A stretch of DNA of 44,004 nt from Chiloscyllium plagiosum (taxonomy: Eukaryota), in NCBI RefSeq assembly GCF_004010195.1, contig NW_025215373.1, positions 1 to 44,004 on the forward strand, read 5' to 3'. The notes beneath the pieces were generated by a model. That model was not told the origin of the DNA, did not search any database, and saw only the letters and a list, made by a program, of their open reading frames with translations. The position numbers and the translations under genes are program-made. Shown here one piece after another: positions 34,427-44,004 of this stretch (position 1 is the stretch's first letter; each line of letters opens with the position of its first letter).

Positions 34427-35189
34427 ATGGTTTCCTGGTGTCTGCTGATTCCTACAGGATATGTGACATGGATTGAAAATGTTAATTTAGCTGCTGTGCC
34501 CCTTCGAATTGAATGTGCTGCATTTTTCCTTTGGATTTGCTCCTGGCCCCCACACTTTCTGTTCCCAGAGTTGGCTACGTTCTCATCTCATTCTTGTCGA
34601 TGTGGGAGTTGCTGGCAAGGACGTGACTTATTGTCTGGCGTTGAGAGGTGACAGTCAGCTGCTTTCTGTGTCATGGTTCCATACAGCTCTGTGACCAGAA
34701 ACAAAAGTTGATCTTGAGAGCATGAGTTCAAACCCCACTCTGATCTCAACCTTCAATAACCTGGGGGTGTAGTTTAACGTGAAAGGCAGGGCCTTTAGAT
34801 AGGATTTGAGGAAATGTTTTCTTCATCTAGAGGGTGGGTGGGATCTGGTTGGGGAGTTGAGGAAGGAAATCTCACAACCTTTAACAAGTACTTGGATTAA
34901 CCTTTGCAATGTCCTAATATTTCAGGCTATGTGTGAAGTGGAGGAAAGTGGGGCTGGTATCAACAGATTGGCATATTCTTGATGAACTGAAGGGTCTCTT
35001 CTATATTGTGTGATTCTATAGTAATAAACATACCAGGAATAGGCCATTTGGCCCCTCTAGACTGGTCTGCTGTTCTGTAAGCTCATAACCTTCAAGGCTA
35101 TGGGCCTGGTGTTGGAGAGTTGGACTTGTATAGGTAGGAGTACATTTTTTTGGGCAGTACAGACTTGATGGATCGAAGGGCCTCTGGTT

Positions 35190-35500
35190 GTTCGGGAATT
35201 GGGCAGATGACAAAATTTAACTTCACTTCAATAAATCTGAAATTGAAAGCTTGTCTTGATGGTGGCAACTGTGATGGGCCACACCAATTGTTGTGAAAAC
35301 CCGTCTTGTTCGCTAGTGCCCTCCTTAGGGAGGGTAATCTGCCGTCCTCAGCCAGTCTGGCCTACATGTGACTCCAGACCCATGGCAGTGTGTGTTAACT
35401 CTTGACTGCCCTCTGAAATGGGCCAGTGAGACCTTCCATTCGAAGGGCATTTGGGGATGGCCAACAAACGTTGGCCTCATCAGTGATGCCCACACTCTGT
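35190..35500 (+). mobile_element. SINE-like repeat with the tail of the second LINE family
   Basis: aatctgccgtcctcagccagtctggcctacatgtgactccagaccc..ggggatggcc. Confidence 0.65.
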
Positions 35501-36562
35501 GAAGAGAATAGGTAGAAAGGCCAGCTGTGGTGAAGCAGTTGAGGTTGCCTCCACATGACCCCAGTCCCTCGAAGGTCACATCTGTGTCTAGTAAAAGTGG
35601 AGTGTCAACCCCATAGCATAGGCCCTGGGGCAGAATGTAAGGAGACAATGAGCAGTGGTAACGTCAGGGCCTCCAGACTGGATCCAAAGGATCGCAGCGT
35701 GTGGGTAAGCCATGGAGGAATGGGATGAGAAGAACTCTCTTCACACAGAGTTGGGGGGGCAGTGGATCTTTGGAATTCCCTACCCCAGACAGCTGCAGAG
35801 ATTAGATCGAGTACGTTCAAGACAGAAATTGATAAATTTCTGGAAGTTAGTAATGTGGGGATACTGTGGGGAAGAGTGACTTTGCAGAAGGTGATCACCC
35901 ATGAGCTAGAACGGCTGAGCAGGTTCAAGGGGCTGAATGGCCTTCTCCTGTTTCTGAGAATCCTTCTATGGCTGTGCCAATTAGGCTACGGGAAGGGTGA
36001 TGAGAGTTGGAAGCCATTCTACTGTTGAGCTCTGCTTAGACATTCTGCCCCCTCTGGATTATCCCCCTTGGGTGCCCACCAGATGACGGTGGCTACCAGT
36101 TGGTTTGTGAGGTTCAGGAAAGTCCATGTGGCAATGGGTGGGGGAGGGGGAGTGCCAAACCTACTCCAAGTCTCCCTGGCACCCAAGCCTGGGGTCAGAG
36201 ATGACCATGAGCTGTTGTCACTGATTGAGACGTTGTGTACAGGCAGTGAGAGCGTAGTGAGTCAGGGAGTCACTCAACTTCTTACCGAGCGCTGCTGACT
36301 GTAATCTGTCACGGAGATGCATCAGGTCAGTGAGGTGCCCTCTCCCTGCCATTCCACGTGGGCACTGACACATTCCGAGTCAGGGAGGTGGCAGTGGGTC
36401 TAATCCAGCCACTTCATTGGCACCGTGTCCATCACTTTCAACACTTACCACCGATACTCAGTAGCAGCATTGTGTACCATATATAGAAGTTGACCAAGGT
36501 TCCTTCGACAACACCTTCCAAACCCATGGCCACTTCCATCTGAAAGGACAAGGGCAGCAGGT

Positions 36563-37500
36563 AGAGTTATACAGAACAGAAACAGACCCCTCGGCCCAAC
36601 CAGTCCACACTGACCATGTTCCCAAACTAAACTAGTCCCACCTGCCTGCTCCTGGCTCATATCCCTCCAAACCTTTCCTATTCGTGAACTGATCCAAATG
36701 TCTTTTAAATGTTGTAACTGTGCTGACATCCACTTCCTCTGGCAGTTCGTTCCACCCACGAACCACCCTCTGTGTGAAAGAAGTTGCTCTTTATTTCTTT
36801 CTCCTCTCATCTTGAAAGTATGCCCCCTGGTTTTGAGCTCCCCCACCCTGGGGAGAAAAGCTTTGCTATTCAACACGTCGATACCCCTCATGATTTTCTA
36901 AACCTCGGTTAGGGCACTCCTCAATGTCCTATGGAATTGAAAAGCCCCAGCCTTTCCAGTCGATTTTTATATCTCAAGCCTCCAATCCAGGCAAAATGCT
37001 CGTAAATCTTTTCTGAACCTTTTCCAGCTAAATAATATCCTTCCTGTAACTGGGTGACCAGAACTGGACACAGTATTCCAGATGAGGCATCACCAATGTC
37101 CCGTACAATCTCAACGTAACGTCCCAACTCTTACACTCAGAGGTCTGAGTGAGCAATGAAGGCAAGTGTGCTATACGCCTTCTTAACCCCTCTGTCTACC
37201 TGTGACACAAGTTTCAAAGAATTATGTATCTGAGCTCCTAGATCTCTCTGTTCCAAAACACTACCCAGGGCCCTTACCAGAAACTGTGTAAGTCTCCCTT
37301 TGTTCACTTTACCAAAATGCAATTATCCAAATTAAACTCCATGCCCCACTCATCGGCCCATTGGCCCAATAGATCTGTTTGTAACCTTAAATAACCTTCT
37401 TGGTTGTCCACTTTACCATCAGCTTCAGATCAATCTGAAAACTTACTAACCATGCTTCCTGCATTCTCATCCAAATCATTGACATAATTCGCAAACAAAA
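36563..37500 (-). mobile_element. CR1 3' kilobase inserted into a 3' end of the second LINE family (36440-36562 and 37505-37740)
   Basis: HFGK.N.GR..LGSVLEQRDLG.QIHNSLK..SQVDR.VKKA. The host sequence rejoins across the insert. Confidence 0.88.
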
Positions 37501-38079
37501 TTGGACCCACCCCCTGCAAGTTCCCCTCCAAGCCACTCTCATTCCTGATTTAGAAATATATCGCCGTTCCTTCACTGTCGCTGGGTCACAATCCTGGAAT
37601 CCCCTCCCTAAGGGACATTGTGGGTCTACCCACAGCACATGGACTGCAGCGCTTCAAGGAGGCAGCTCACCCCCACCTTCTCAAGGGGCAATAAATGCCG
37701 ACCCAGCCAGCCATGTCCGCGTCCTGTGAAAGACATTTTGAAAATTCTGTGGCTTTGTGCAGTCTCAATGTTGAAAGAGAGCGAGTGTCTGGGCCCTGGG
37801 CTCTGAGGAGGTGACTGGTACAATAACGCAGGCAGCCCTGATGTTAGAGAGACATGGTGAAGATATCACACCCTCCCATAGGCTCAGGAGTGAAGCCAAT
37901 TCTGTTATCAAGAGCAGAGGTTGAGATGATTACATGTGTACAGCACCGAGTCATTTACAAGTCGCCCTGGTGATGAGTAAGTCGAACACTTAAAAACAAA
38001 ACAAACCATAAAATCCCGAACCATACATGTCAGAATGAGGTGTCCAAATGAGATCTGGGCACCTTATTTAGAGAAGGAT

Positions 38080-38740
38080 AGGGACAGGGCAAAGGGGATT
38101 TGCTAGAATAATACCAGGAACGGAGGATTTTCGACATAAGGAAAGATTAGAGAGTTTGGGCTTATTCCCCTTGGAGCAGAGAAGATTAAGAGGTGACCTT
38201 ATTGAGGTGTTTAAAATTATAAACAATTTTGACAGGAGAAAGGAGGATATTCTGTTTCCTCTAGTTAATGTGTCAGTATCTAGGGGTGACAAATTCCAGA
38301 TTGTCAGCAAGAGGAAGTGGTGTAAGTAGGTATAATTACAACACTTAAAAGGCATCTGGATGGGTATGTCAACAAGAAGGGTTTAGAGGGGTATGGGCCA
38401 AGTGCTGGCAAATGGGACTAGATTAGGTTAGGATATCTGGTCAGCATGGACGAGTTAGACCGAATGGCCTGTTTCCATGCTATACATCTCTATGACTCTA
38501 AGAGAGCTGGGAGTGAGATGAGGGGAGTTGCTTGGATTTGGAATGTACTGCCTGGGAGAGTGGTGGGGTTAGGTTCCATAGAACGGTTCAGAGGAGAGTT
38601 GGATATATATTGGAAAGGGCTGAAGTTAGTGGGTTACGGAGATAGGGCCAGAGGATGGGATGAGCAGGGTGGCTCTTTCAGGAGCTGGTACACACACTAC
38701 GGGCTGAATGGCTTCCTTCTGTACTGAAAAAATGCTATGA
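38080..38740 (+). mobile_element. Old CR1 3' part with a younger CR1 tail inserted (about 38312-38500)
   Basis: RL..LGLF.LEQRRLRGDLIEVFKII. Confidence 0.8.
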
Positions 38741-38892
38741 TTCTAGGCATCATCTTCAAATCCTTACAAATGAGGAGAATAAGACAGGCTGATAATTGCA
38801 GAAACTTGCAGACTGCAAAATCATTCAAAATGAGCTGGTTATAACTGTAGTGTGCACAAAGAAATTGGTTGGAGGCCATTCAGCCCATTGAC

Positions 38893-39463
38893 CCAAAGCA
38901 AATCTTAGCAGGACTGATACACTTCATGGTAGGGTCCTGGGAGTGTTGTTGAACAAAGAGACCTTGGAGTGCAGGTTCATAGCTCCTTGAAAGTGGANNN
39001 NNNNNNNNNNNNNNNNNNNNNNNNNNNNNNNNNNNNNNNNNNNNNNNNNNNNNNNNNNNNNNNNNNNNNNNNNNNNNNNNNNNNNNNNNNNNGAGGCTGA
39101 AGGGTGACCTTATAGAGGTTTACAAAATTATGAGGGGCATGGATAGGATAAATAGACAAAGTCTTTTCCCTGGGATCAGGGGGTCCAGAACTAGAGGGCA
39201 TAGGTTTAGGGTGAGAGGGGAAAGATATAAAAGAGACCTAAGAGGCAACTTTTTCACACAGAGGGTGGTACGGGTATGGAATGAGCTGCCAGAGGAAGTG
39301 GTGGAGGCTGGTACAATTGCAACATTTAAGAGGCATTTGGATGGCTATATGAATAGGAAGGGTTTGGAGGGATATGGGCCGGGTGCTGGCAGGTGGGATA
39401 TCTGGTCGGTATGGACGGATTGGACCAAAGGGTCTGTTTCCGTGCTGTACATCTCTATGACTC
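38893..39463 (+). mobile_element. Young CR1 3' part (spans the gap at 38998-39092)
   Basis: MRGMDRINRQSLFPG..SRTRGHRFRVRGERYKRDLRGNFFTQRVVRVWNELP. Confidence 0.93.
38998..39092. other. Assembly gap
   Basis: N run. Confidence 1.
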
Positions 39464-39689
39464 CACGATACAATCATGGCTGATGTTTGCGTTTCCGTTT
39501 CCAATTCCAATTCATCCCCAGCTGTTTCTTTGCACCCTGCAATAATTGAGACCCATCAGCTTCATCGTTGAAATGTTCTGCAAGAATTGTTATGATCTGT
39601 TTTTTGAAAACCCGACCAGTTTGTCTGCAATCAGATAAAGAGTAACCAAGCTGTGCATCTTAATCAGCTGTGCCATCTCTCTGCATCAC

Positions 39690-40950
39690 ATCAACACTCA
39701 TGAGAGACTGCAGAAACAGATACAAAATAATAATTCATTTTCTTCAAAATTTGCCTGGATTCTCGCAATGTCTGAGCAGATTCTACCCTCCTGCCTTGGG
39801 TGCTGGTGTTTTCTGTGATCGAGAACTCTCAGAGGCCTCTTTGCTCTTGCTTCCTGTAATCTTTCTCCATTCGAATAAATGTTTAGCTTCTCGAACCCTC
39901 CTGCCGGAAGGCAGAACATTCACACCTCCCCACGTTATATTCCATCTGCCAGATTTTTGCCAACTTCTTATATCTTTCTCTATCCCTCGATAGACTCTGT
40001 CACCCCCACTCTCACCTTTCCACCTATTTATCACAAACTTGGTACATTTCCCTCCATCATCCAAGTCCTGGATATATATTGTCAATAATGGTGGCCCCAG
40101 CACTGATCCCTGTGGCACACATAACAAGTTACAGATTGCCATCCTGAAAATGCTGCCCTTAACCCAACTCTCTGTCTTATATTGGTTAACCAGTCCTCTA
40201 TCCTTCTAATATACGACTTCAACACATCGGCTCTTAATCAGTGATGTATGTACAGTGTCTTATTGAATGCTTTCCGGACCATCACATAGATTAAATCCAC
40301 TGTTCCCACTTTCTCTACTCTGATTTTTATCTTGTCAAAGAGTTGTAGTAAATTTCTCAGGCATGATTTCCCCTTCATGAAGCTGTACTGACTCTGACTG
40401 ATCACATTAAGTATATCTACACGCTCTGCTATTAACATCCCGAATGATGGACTCAAACATTTTCCCAATAGCAGACGAGAAGCTAACTGTACTTGTCTCA
40501 TTTTCTTTTACATTAAAGGTCTTACATTAGTCATTTTCCAACCCTCTGGCTCTTTTCCTCGATTCCTTAAAAATTGCTTTAATCCATCCACTATCTCCGG
40601 AGCTATTTCCTTTAATACCCATGGAAGCATCCCAAAACATCCAGGGAACATACCGGTCTTTAGTTTCATTCGTTTCCCTGGCACATTTTTCTTTGTTGTT
40701 GATTGGAATGTTTATTTCCTCTCCTCCTTTTGCCCCTTGAATATTTAATAATTTTAGGATGCTTTACTGTCTTCTACTCTGAAGATTGACGTAAAATATG
40801 TATTCAAATTTTCTGCCATTTTTTTCAGCCTAGTTCTTTGCAGAGTCTATGTTTGGCATCTCTCTTCCTTTTTATGTGCTTAAAGAAGCTCTTGCTGTTC
40901 ATTTTGATATTGCTTGCAAGTTTACCCTCAATTTATTTTCTCCTTATTTT
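39690..40950 (-). mobile_element. Old CR1 ORF2 fragment
   Basis: VPQGSVLGP.L.TIYI.DLD; SQY.FMKGKSCL.NLL..FD..VDLIY..KAF.K. Confidence 0.88.
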
Positions 40951-40952
40951 TA

Positions 40953-41315
40953 GACCGTCCAACAGTGCGGCACTCCCTCAGCACTGACCCGCCAACAGTG
41001 CGGCACTCCTTCGGCAGTGACCCTCCGACAGTGCGGCGCTCCCTCAGCACTGACCCTCCGACAGTGCGGCGCTCCCTCAGCACTGACCCTCCGACAGTGC
41101 GGCCCTCCCTCAGCACTGACCCTGTGACAGTGCGGCCCTCCCTCAGCACTGACCCTGTGACAGTGCGGCCCTCCCTCAGCACTGACCCTGCGACAGTGCG
41201 GCCCTCCCTCAGCACTGACCCTGCGACAGTGCGGCCCTCCCTCAGCACTGACCCTGTGACAGTGCGGCCCTCCCTCAGCACTGACCCTGCGACAGTGCGG
41301 CACTCCCTTGGCACT
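40953..41315 (+). repeat. 33-bp GC-rich minisatellite, 11 units
   Basis: Unit GACCCT(CC/GT/GC)GACAGTGCGGC(A/G/C)CTCCCTCAGCACT. Confidence 0.97.
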
Positions 41316-41788
41316 GTACGATGAATGTGATAATGTACTACTCTTTTACTTCCAATGGTGCTGTTTGAACGGGGCACTTTCACATGTTTTATTTTGGATT
41401 CAAGTTTCTAATTTCAAACCTCATGTGTCACTTCATTTGCAAACCACTTGCATCAGCTAGTTTAACACGCTGAATATTTAAGAATAATCTCCCCTCTCAG
41501 CTGCTTGCTTTCTCTCTCTCTCTGCCTCGATTCATAGTTTGTGCAGAAACTGTTGAATCGCACAGGAAGTGTGTGTGCAACTGTCATGGGATGCTGAGTA
41601 AATGGCCCCACAGTCCCTCAGTCACTCACTTGGCCAATCAACCTGGCAATTTCCCCATCCCTCTCTGTCTCTCCTCACTCTGAGCTCCTCTCTGGGGAGA
41701 AAGTGAGGTCTGCAGACGCTGGAGATCAAAGCTGAAACTTTATTGCTGGAACAGTACAGCAGGTCAGGCAGCATCTAGGGAACAGAAG

Positions 41789-41824
41789 ATTCGACGTTTC
41801 GGGCACATGCCCTTCTTCAGGAAT
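41789..41824 (-). ncRNA. Complete minimal hammerhead ribozyme motif
   Basis: AUUC-CUGAAGA-A-GGGC-AUGU-GCCC-GAAA-CGUC-GAAU. Stems I and II are perfect. Confidence 0.85.
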
Positions 41825-41834
41825 GCCCTTCTTC

Positions 41835-41870
41835 ATTCCTGAAGAAGGGCATGTGCCCGAAACGTCGAAT
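41835..41870 (+). ncRNA. Complete minimal hammerhead ribozyme motif
   Basis: Identical 36-nt motif on the plus strand. Predicted cleavage after C41866. Confidence 0.85.
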
Positions 41871-42089
41871 CGTCTGTTCCCTGGATGCTGTCTGACCTGC
41901 TGTGCTGTTCCAGCAATAAAGTTTCAGCTCTGAGCTCCTCTCTGACTCACTCACTTGAGAGTTCGATGAGGGAAATGAAGAGTGTGAGGAATGATGAGGG
42001 TCCAATGCATCTGAGATGGATTCTTCAAATGAGAACCAGGCCAAACAAAATAAGTTTGTTGGGTGAAGAGGAACATAAGATTGAAAGGT

Positions 42090-42380
42090 TAAAACCAGAA
42101 TGTGTGATTAGTGGTGGAGAAATGCTGGGGATCACAGTGGGTCAGGCAGTATCAATGGAGAGAGCAGCATCTGAGGAGCAGGAAAATCGACGTTTCGGGC
42201 AAAAGCCCTTCATCAGGAATCTGCCCGAAACGTCGATTTTCCTGCTCCTCGGATGCTGCCAGCACCACTCTAATCTAGACTCTGGTTTCCAGCATCTGCA
42301 GTCCTTGTTTTTACCTTCCACAGAGAGAGGGCAAGCTAAAGTTTCCAGTCTGGATGGCTCTTCACCAGAGCTGACGTGAA
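42090..42380 (-). mobile_element. Old Penelope-like 3' end (family C-like) hosting a family A palindrome
   Basis: Reverse gctctggtgaagagccatccagactggaaactttagc (decayed hammerhead), then tctccattgatactgcctgacccactgtgatccccagca. Confidence 0.65.
42164..42316. mobile_element. Palindromic Penelope mini-insertion (family A); minus-strand hammerhead at 42185-42220
   Basis: Minus strand AUUC-CUGAUGA-A-GGGC-UUUU-GCCC-GAAA-CGUC-GAUU. Degenerate TSD TCAATGGAGAGAG (42152) versus TCCACAGAGAGAG (42317). Confidence 0.85.
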
Positions 42381-42695
42381 GTAGGTGGGACCTTGGGACT
42401 TTATTGATGAGGGTGTTGAGTATGTTGTGACTGAGGCTACAGAAATGCACTGCTGTTACAGTTCCATACTCCATGGATTACAGCATAACATAAACATGTT
42501 TTCCAGTTACCAAGATGGTCAGTTAAACATCTTCTCTCCATCAGATTTTAAATAAGAACCTCCATCAACTAGTTTTCTTCATAAATGCTGCCGTTGATTT
42601 ATTATCAGAAGTTATTCAACCAAGATATAATACCTGGATAATTTACGCAGTCACTAATACAGAAGCATAACTTGTAGCCTTCTCTAACCCAAAAT

Positions 42696-43030
42696 GGCAC
42701 GGTGGCTCAGTGGTTAGCACTGCTGCCTCACAGCGCTAGGGACCCAGGTTCGATTTCACACTCGGGTGAGTGTCTGTGTGGAGTTTGCACATTCTTCCTG
42801 TGTCTGCGTGGGTTTCCTCTGGGTGCTCCAGTTTCCTCCCACAGTCCAAAGATGGGCAGGTCAGGGAATGGGCCATGCTAAAATTGTCCCATAGTGTTCA
42901 GGAATGTGCAGGTTAGGTGAATTGGCCATGGGCAATGTGGGAAAGGGGTGAGTCTATGTGGGCTGCTCTTATTAGGGTTGGTGTGGACTTGATGGGCCAA
43001 ATGGCCTGTTTCCACACTGTCGGGATTCTA
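42696..43030 (+). mobile_element. HE1/V-SINE-type SINE
   Basis: ggcacggtggctcagtggttagcactgctgcctcacagc..ggttcgatttc..gtggagtttgcacattc. Confidence 0.92.
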
Positions 43031-43839
43031 AATCATCCAGCTACAGAGGAACATAAAGAAATAGGAGGAGCAGGTGGCTATTCAGTTCCTCAACGCTGCT
43101 GGACCATTCTACAGAATCCCTGTCGATCTGCTATCTCAAAGCAGTTTCCTGCAGTGTTTCAATGTGTTTATCATTGAGAAATCTGTCGATTTCTATCTGG
43201 AACATTTACCCCGTGAGTCCTGCCTTGTGTAGCAAAGTCAATGATTCACAGAATGGTCCAGTACAGAAAGGCCACCTCATACATGGAATCGGAAGGGTTG
43301 ATATTGAAGTATTCTTGAGCATCAGCTGCTTTGATGATGTTACCGGGCCCATGGGGCAAGCAGAGTCCGATCTGAGACTGACTAGTTTTGGTAAGAATGT
43401 CAACTGTGCCTTTTTTTAGTCCCGTGGTTGTCTAACCTCAGCTTGTGAGTTGGACTGGCTGAGGAGAAGGTGTCAAATGGACTTCCATCTTGGGTTTTTA
43501 CTGAACAGTCCACATGAAAGATTAAACCTGTGTCGGACAGTACACAGTATTTAGAGATATAGCAGACTGTCATCGTGATGAGACCTGATTGAAAGACTAG
43601 TTCACAAACTCGACTCCCGAATTTCTGTGTCTGCACCTCTCTGGTTTCTCTTCTGGTGTTTCTGGTGGTTCTGTGGCTCCACTCCAGTTTCTGCCTCACT
43701 CTCCAAGTGGTTGTCTCTACCCCCTTTAACCCCACCCACATTGTGCTCTTTATGCCCAGTGAACAGTCACTCTGGGATTTCATGGCATAGTTGTTCCAGG
43801 TTCTCAAAACCTTGGACAGCAACATCCTCTAACACCAAG

Positions 43840-43866
43840 CCCTCTCTCCCTCTCCCTCGCTCTCTT

Positions 43867-43901
<35 letters not shown>

Positions 43902-44004
43902 TCCCACCTCCCTCTCTCCTCTCTCTCCTTCTCACACCTACCTACTTACTCTCTCTCACTCTCTCCTTCCCTCTCCTCTTATTTTTCTCCCTCTCTCTCA
44001 CAAA
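43840..44004. repeat. (CT)-rich microsatellite
   Basis: Direct reading. Confidence 0.95.

Larger units (their letters stand above)
41695..41927. mobile_element. Palindromic Penelope mini-insertion with two complete hammerheads
   Basis: 17-bp TSD CTCTGAGCTCCTCTCTG at 41678-41694 and 41928-41944. Inverted arms of about 95 bp. Confidence 0.95.

Noticed and set aside
40914..41383. Long ORFs and a CRISPR-like periodicity over the 33-bp array
   Set aside because: Units are contiguous with no unique spacers, the context is vertebrate, and the ORFs follow from a stop-free 33-bp period.
2212..42316. Palindromic mini-elements interpreted as MITEs or DNA transposons
   Set aside because: Arms are PLE 3' UTR sequence (compare 20778-20870), are unequal in length, have variable TSD length and unique centres. 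This fits retrotransposition.
43233..43390. Possible exon (tag|caaagt to tttg|gtaaga)
   Set aside because: Weak acceptor, adjacent to a decayed reverse CR1 tail and apparently containing LINE-tail-like sequence. The peptide is unrecognisable.

Overview
Eukaryotic, repeat-saturated genomic DNA from a cartilaginous fish. This is inferred from the HE1/V-SINE-type SINEs and the shark-type CR1 LINEs; a carpet or bamboo shark is plausible but unproven. There are three N-gaps and no intact protein-coding ORF. Nearly every ORF in the track is a decayed CR1, second-LINE, Rex1 or Penelope fragment, or a microsatellite artefact. The window reads as intronic or intergenic DNA, possibly the 5' part of an unidentified + strand gene: a candidate first exon ends at 3217, a second candidate promoter/exon ends at 31083, and a 72-nt candidate exon lies at 31392-31463. 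The strongest signal is about 15 Penelope-like element (PLE) 3' ends from at least four sequence families. Most carry a recognisable minimal type-I hammerhead ribozyme motif (stem I, CUGANGA, stem II, GAAA, palindromic ACGU/AGCU, NUH). Many occur as 85-235 bp solo or palindromic mini-insertions with 13-17 bp target-site duplications, and their 5' ends pile up on the ribozyme itself. TE coordinates were read by eye and are approximate (tens of bp). TSD and ribozyme coordinates were counted base by base.
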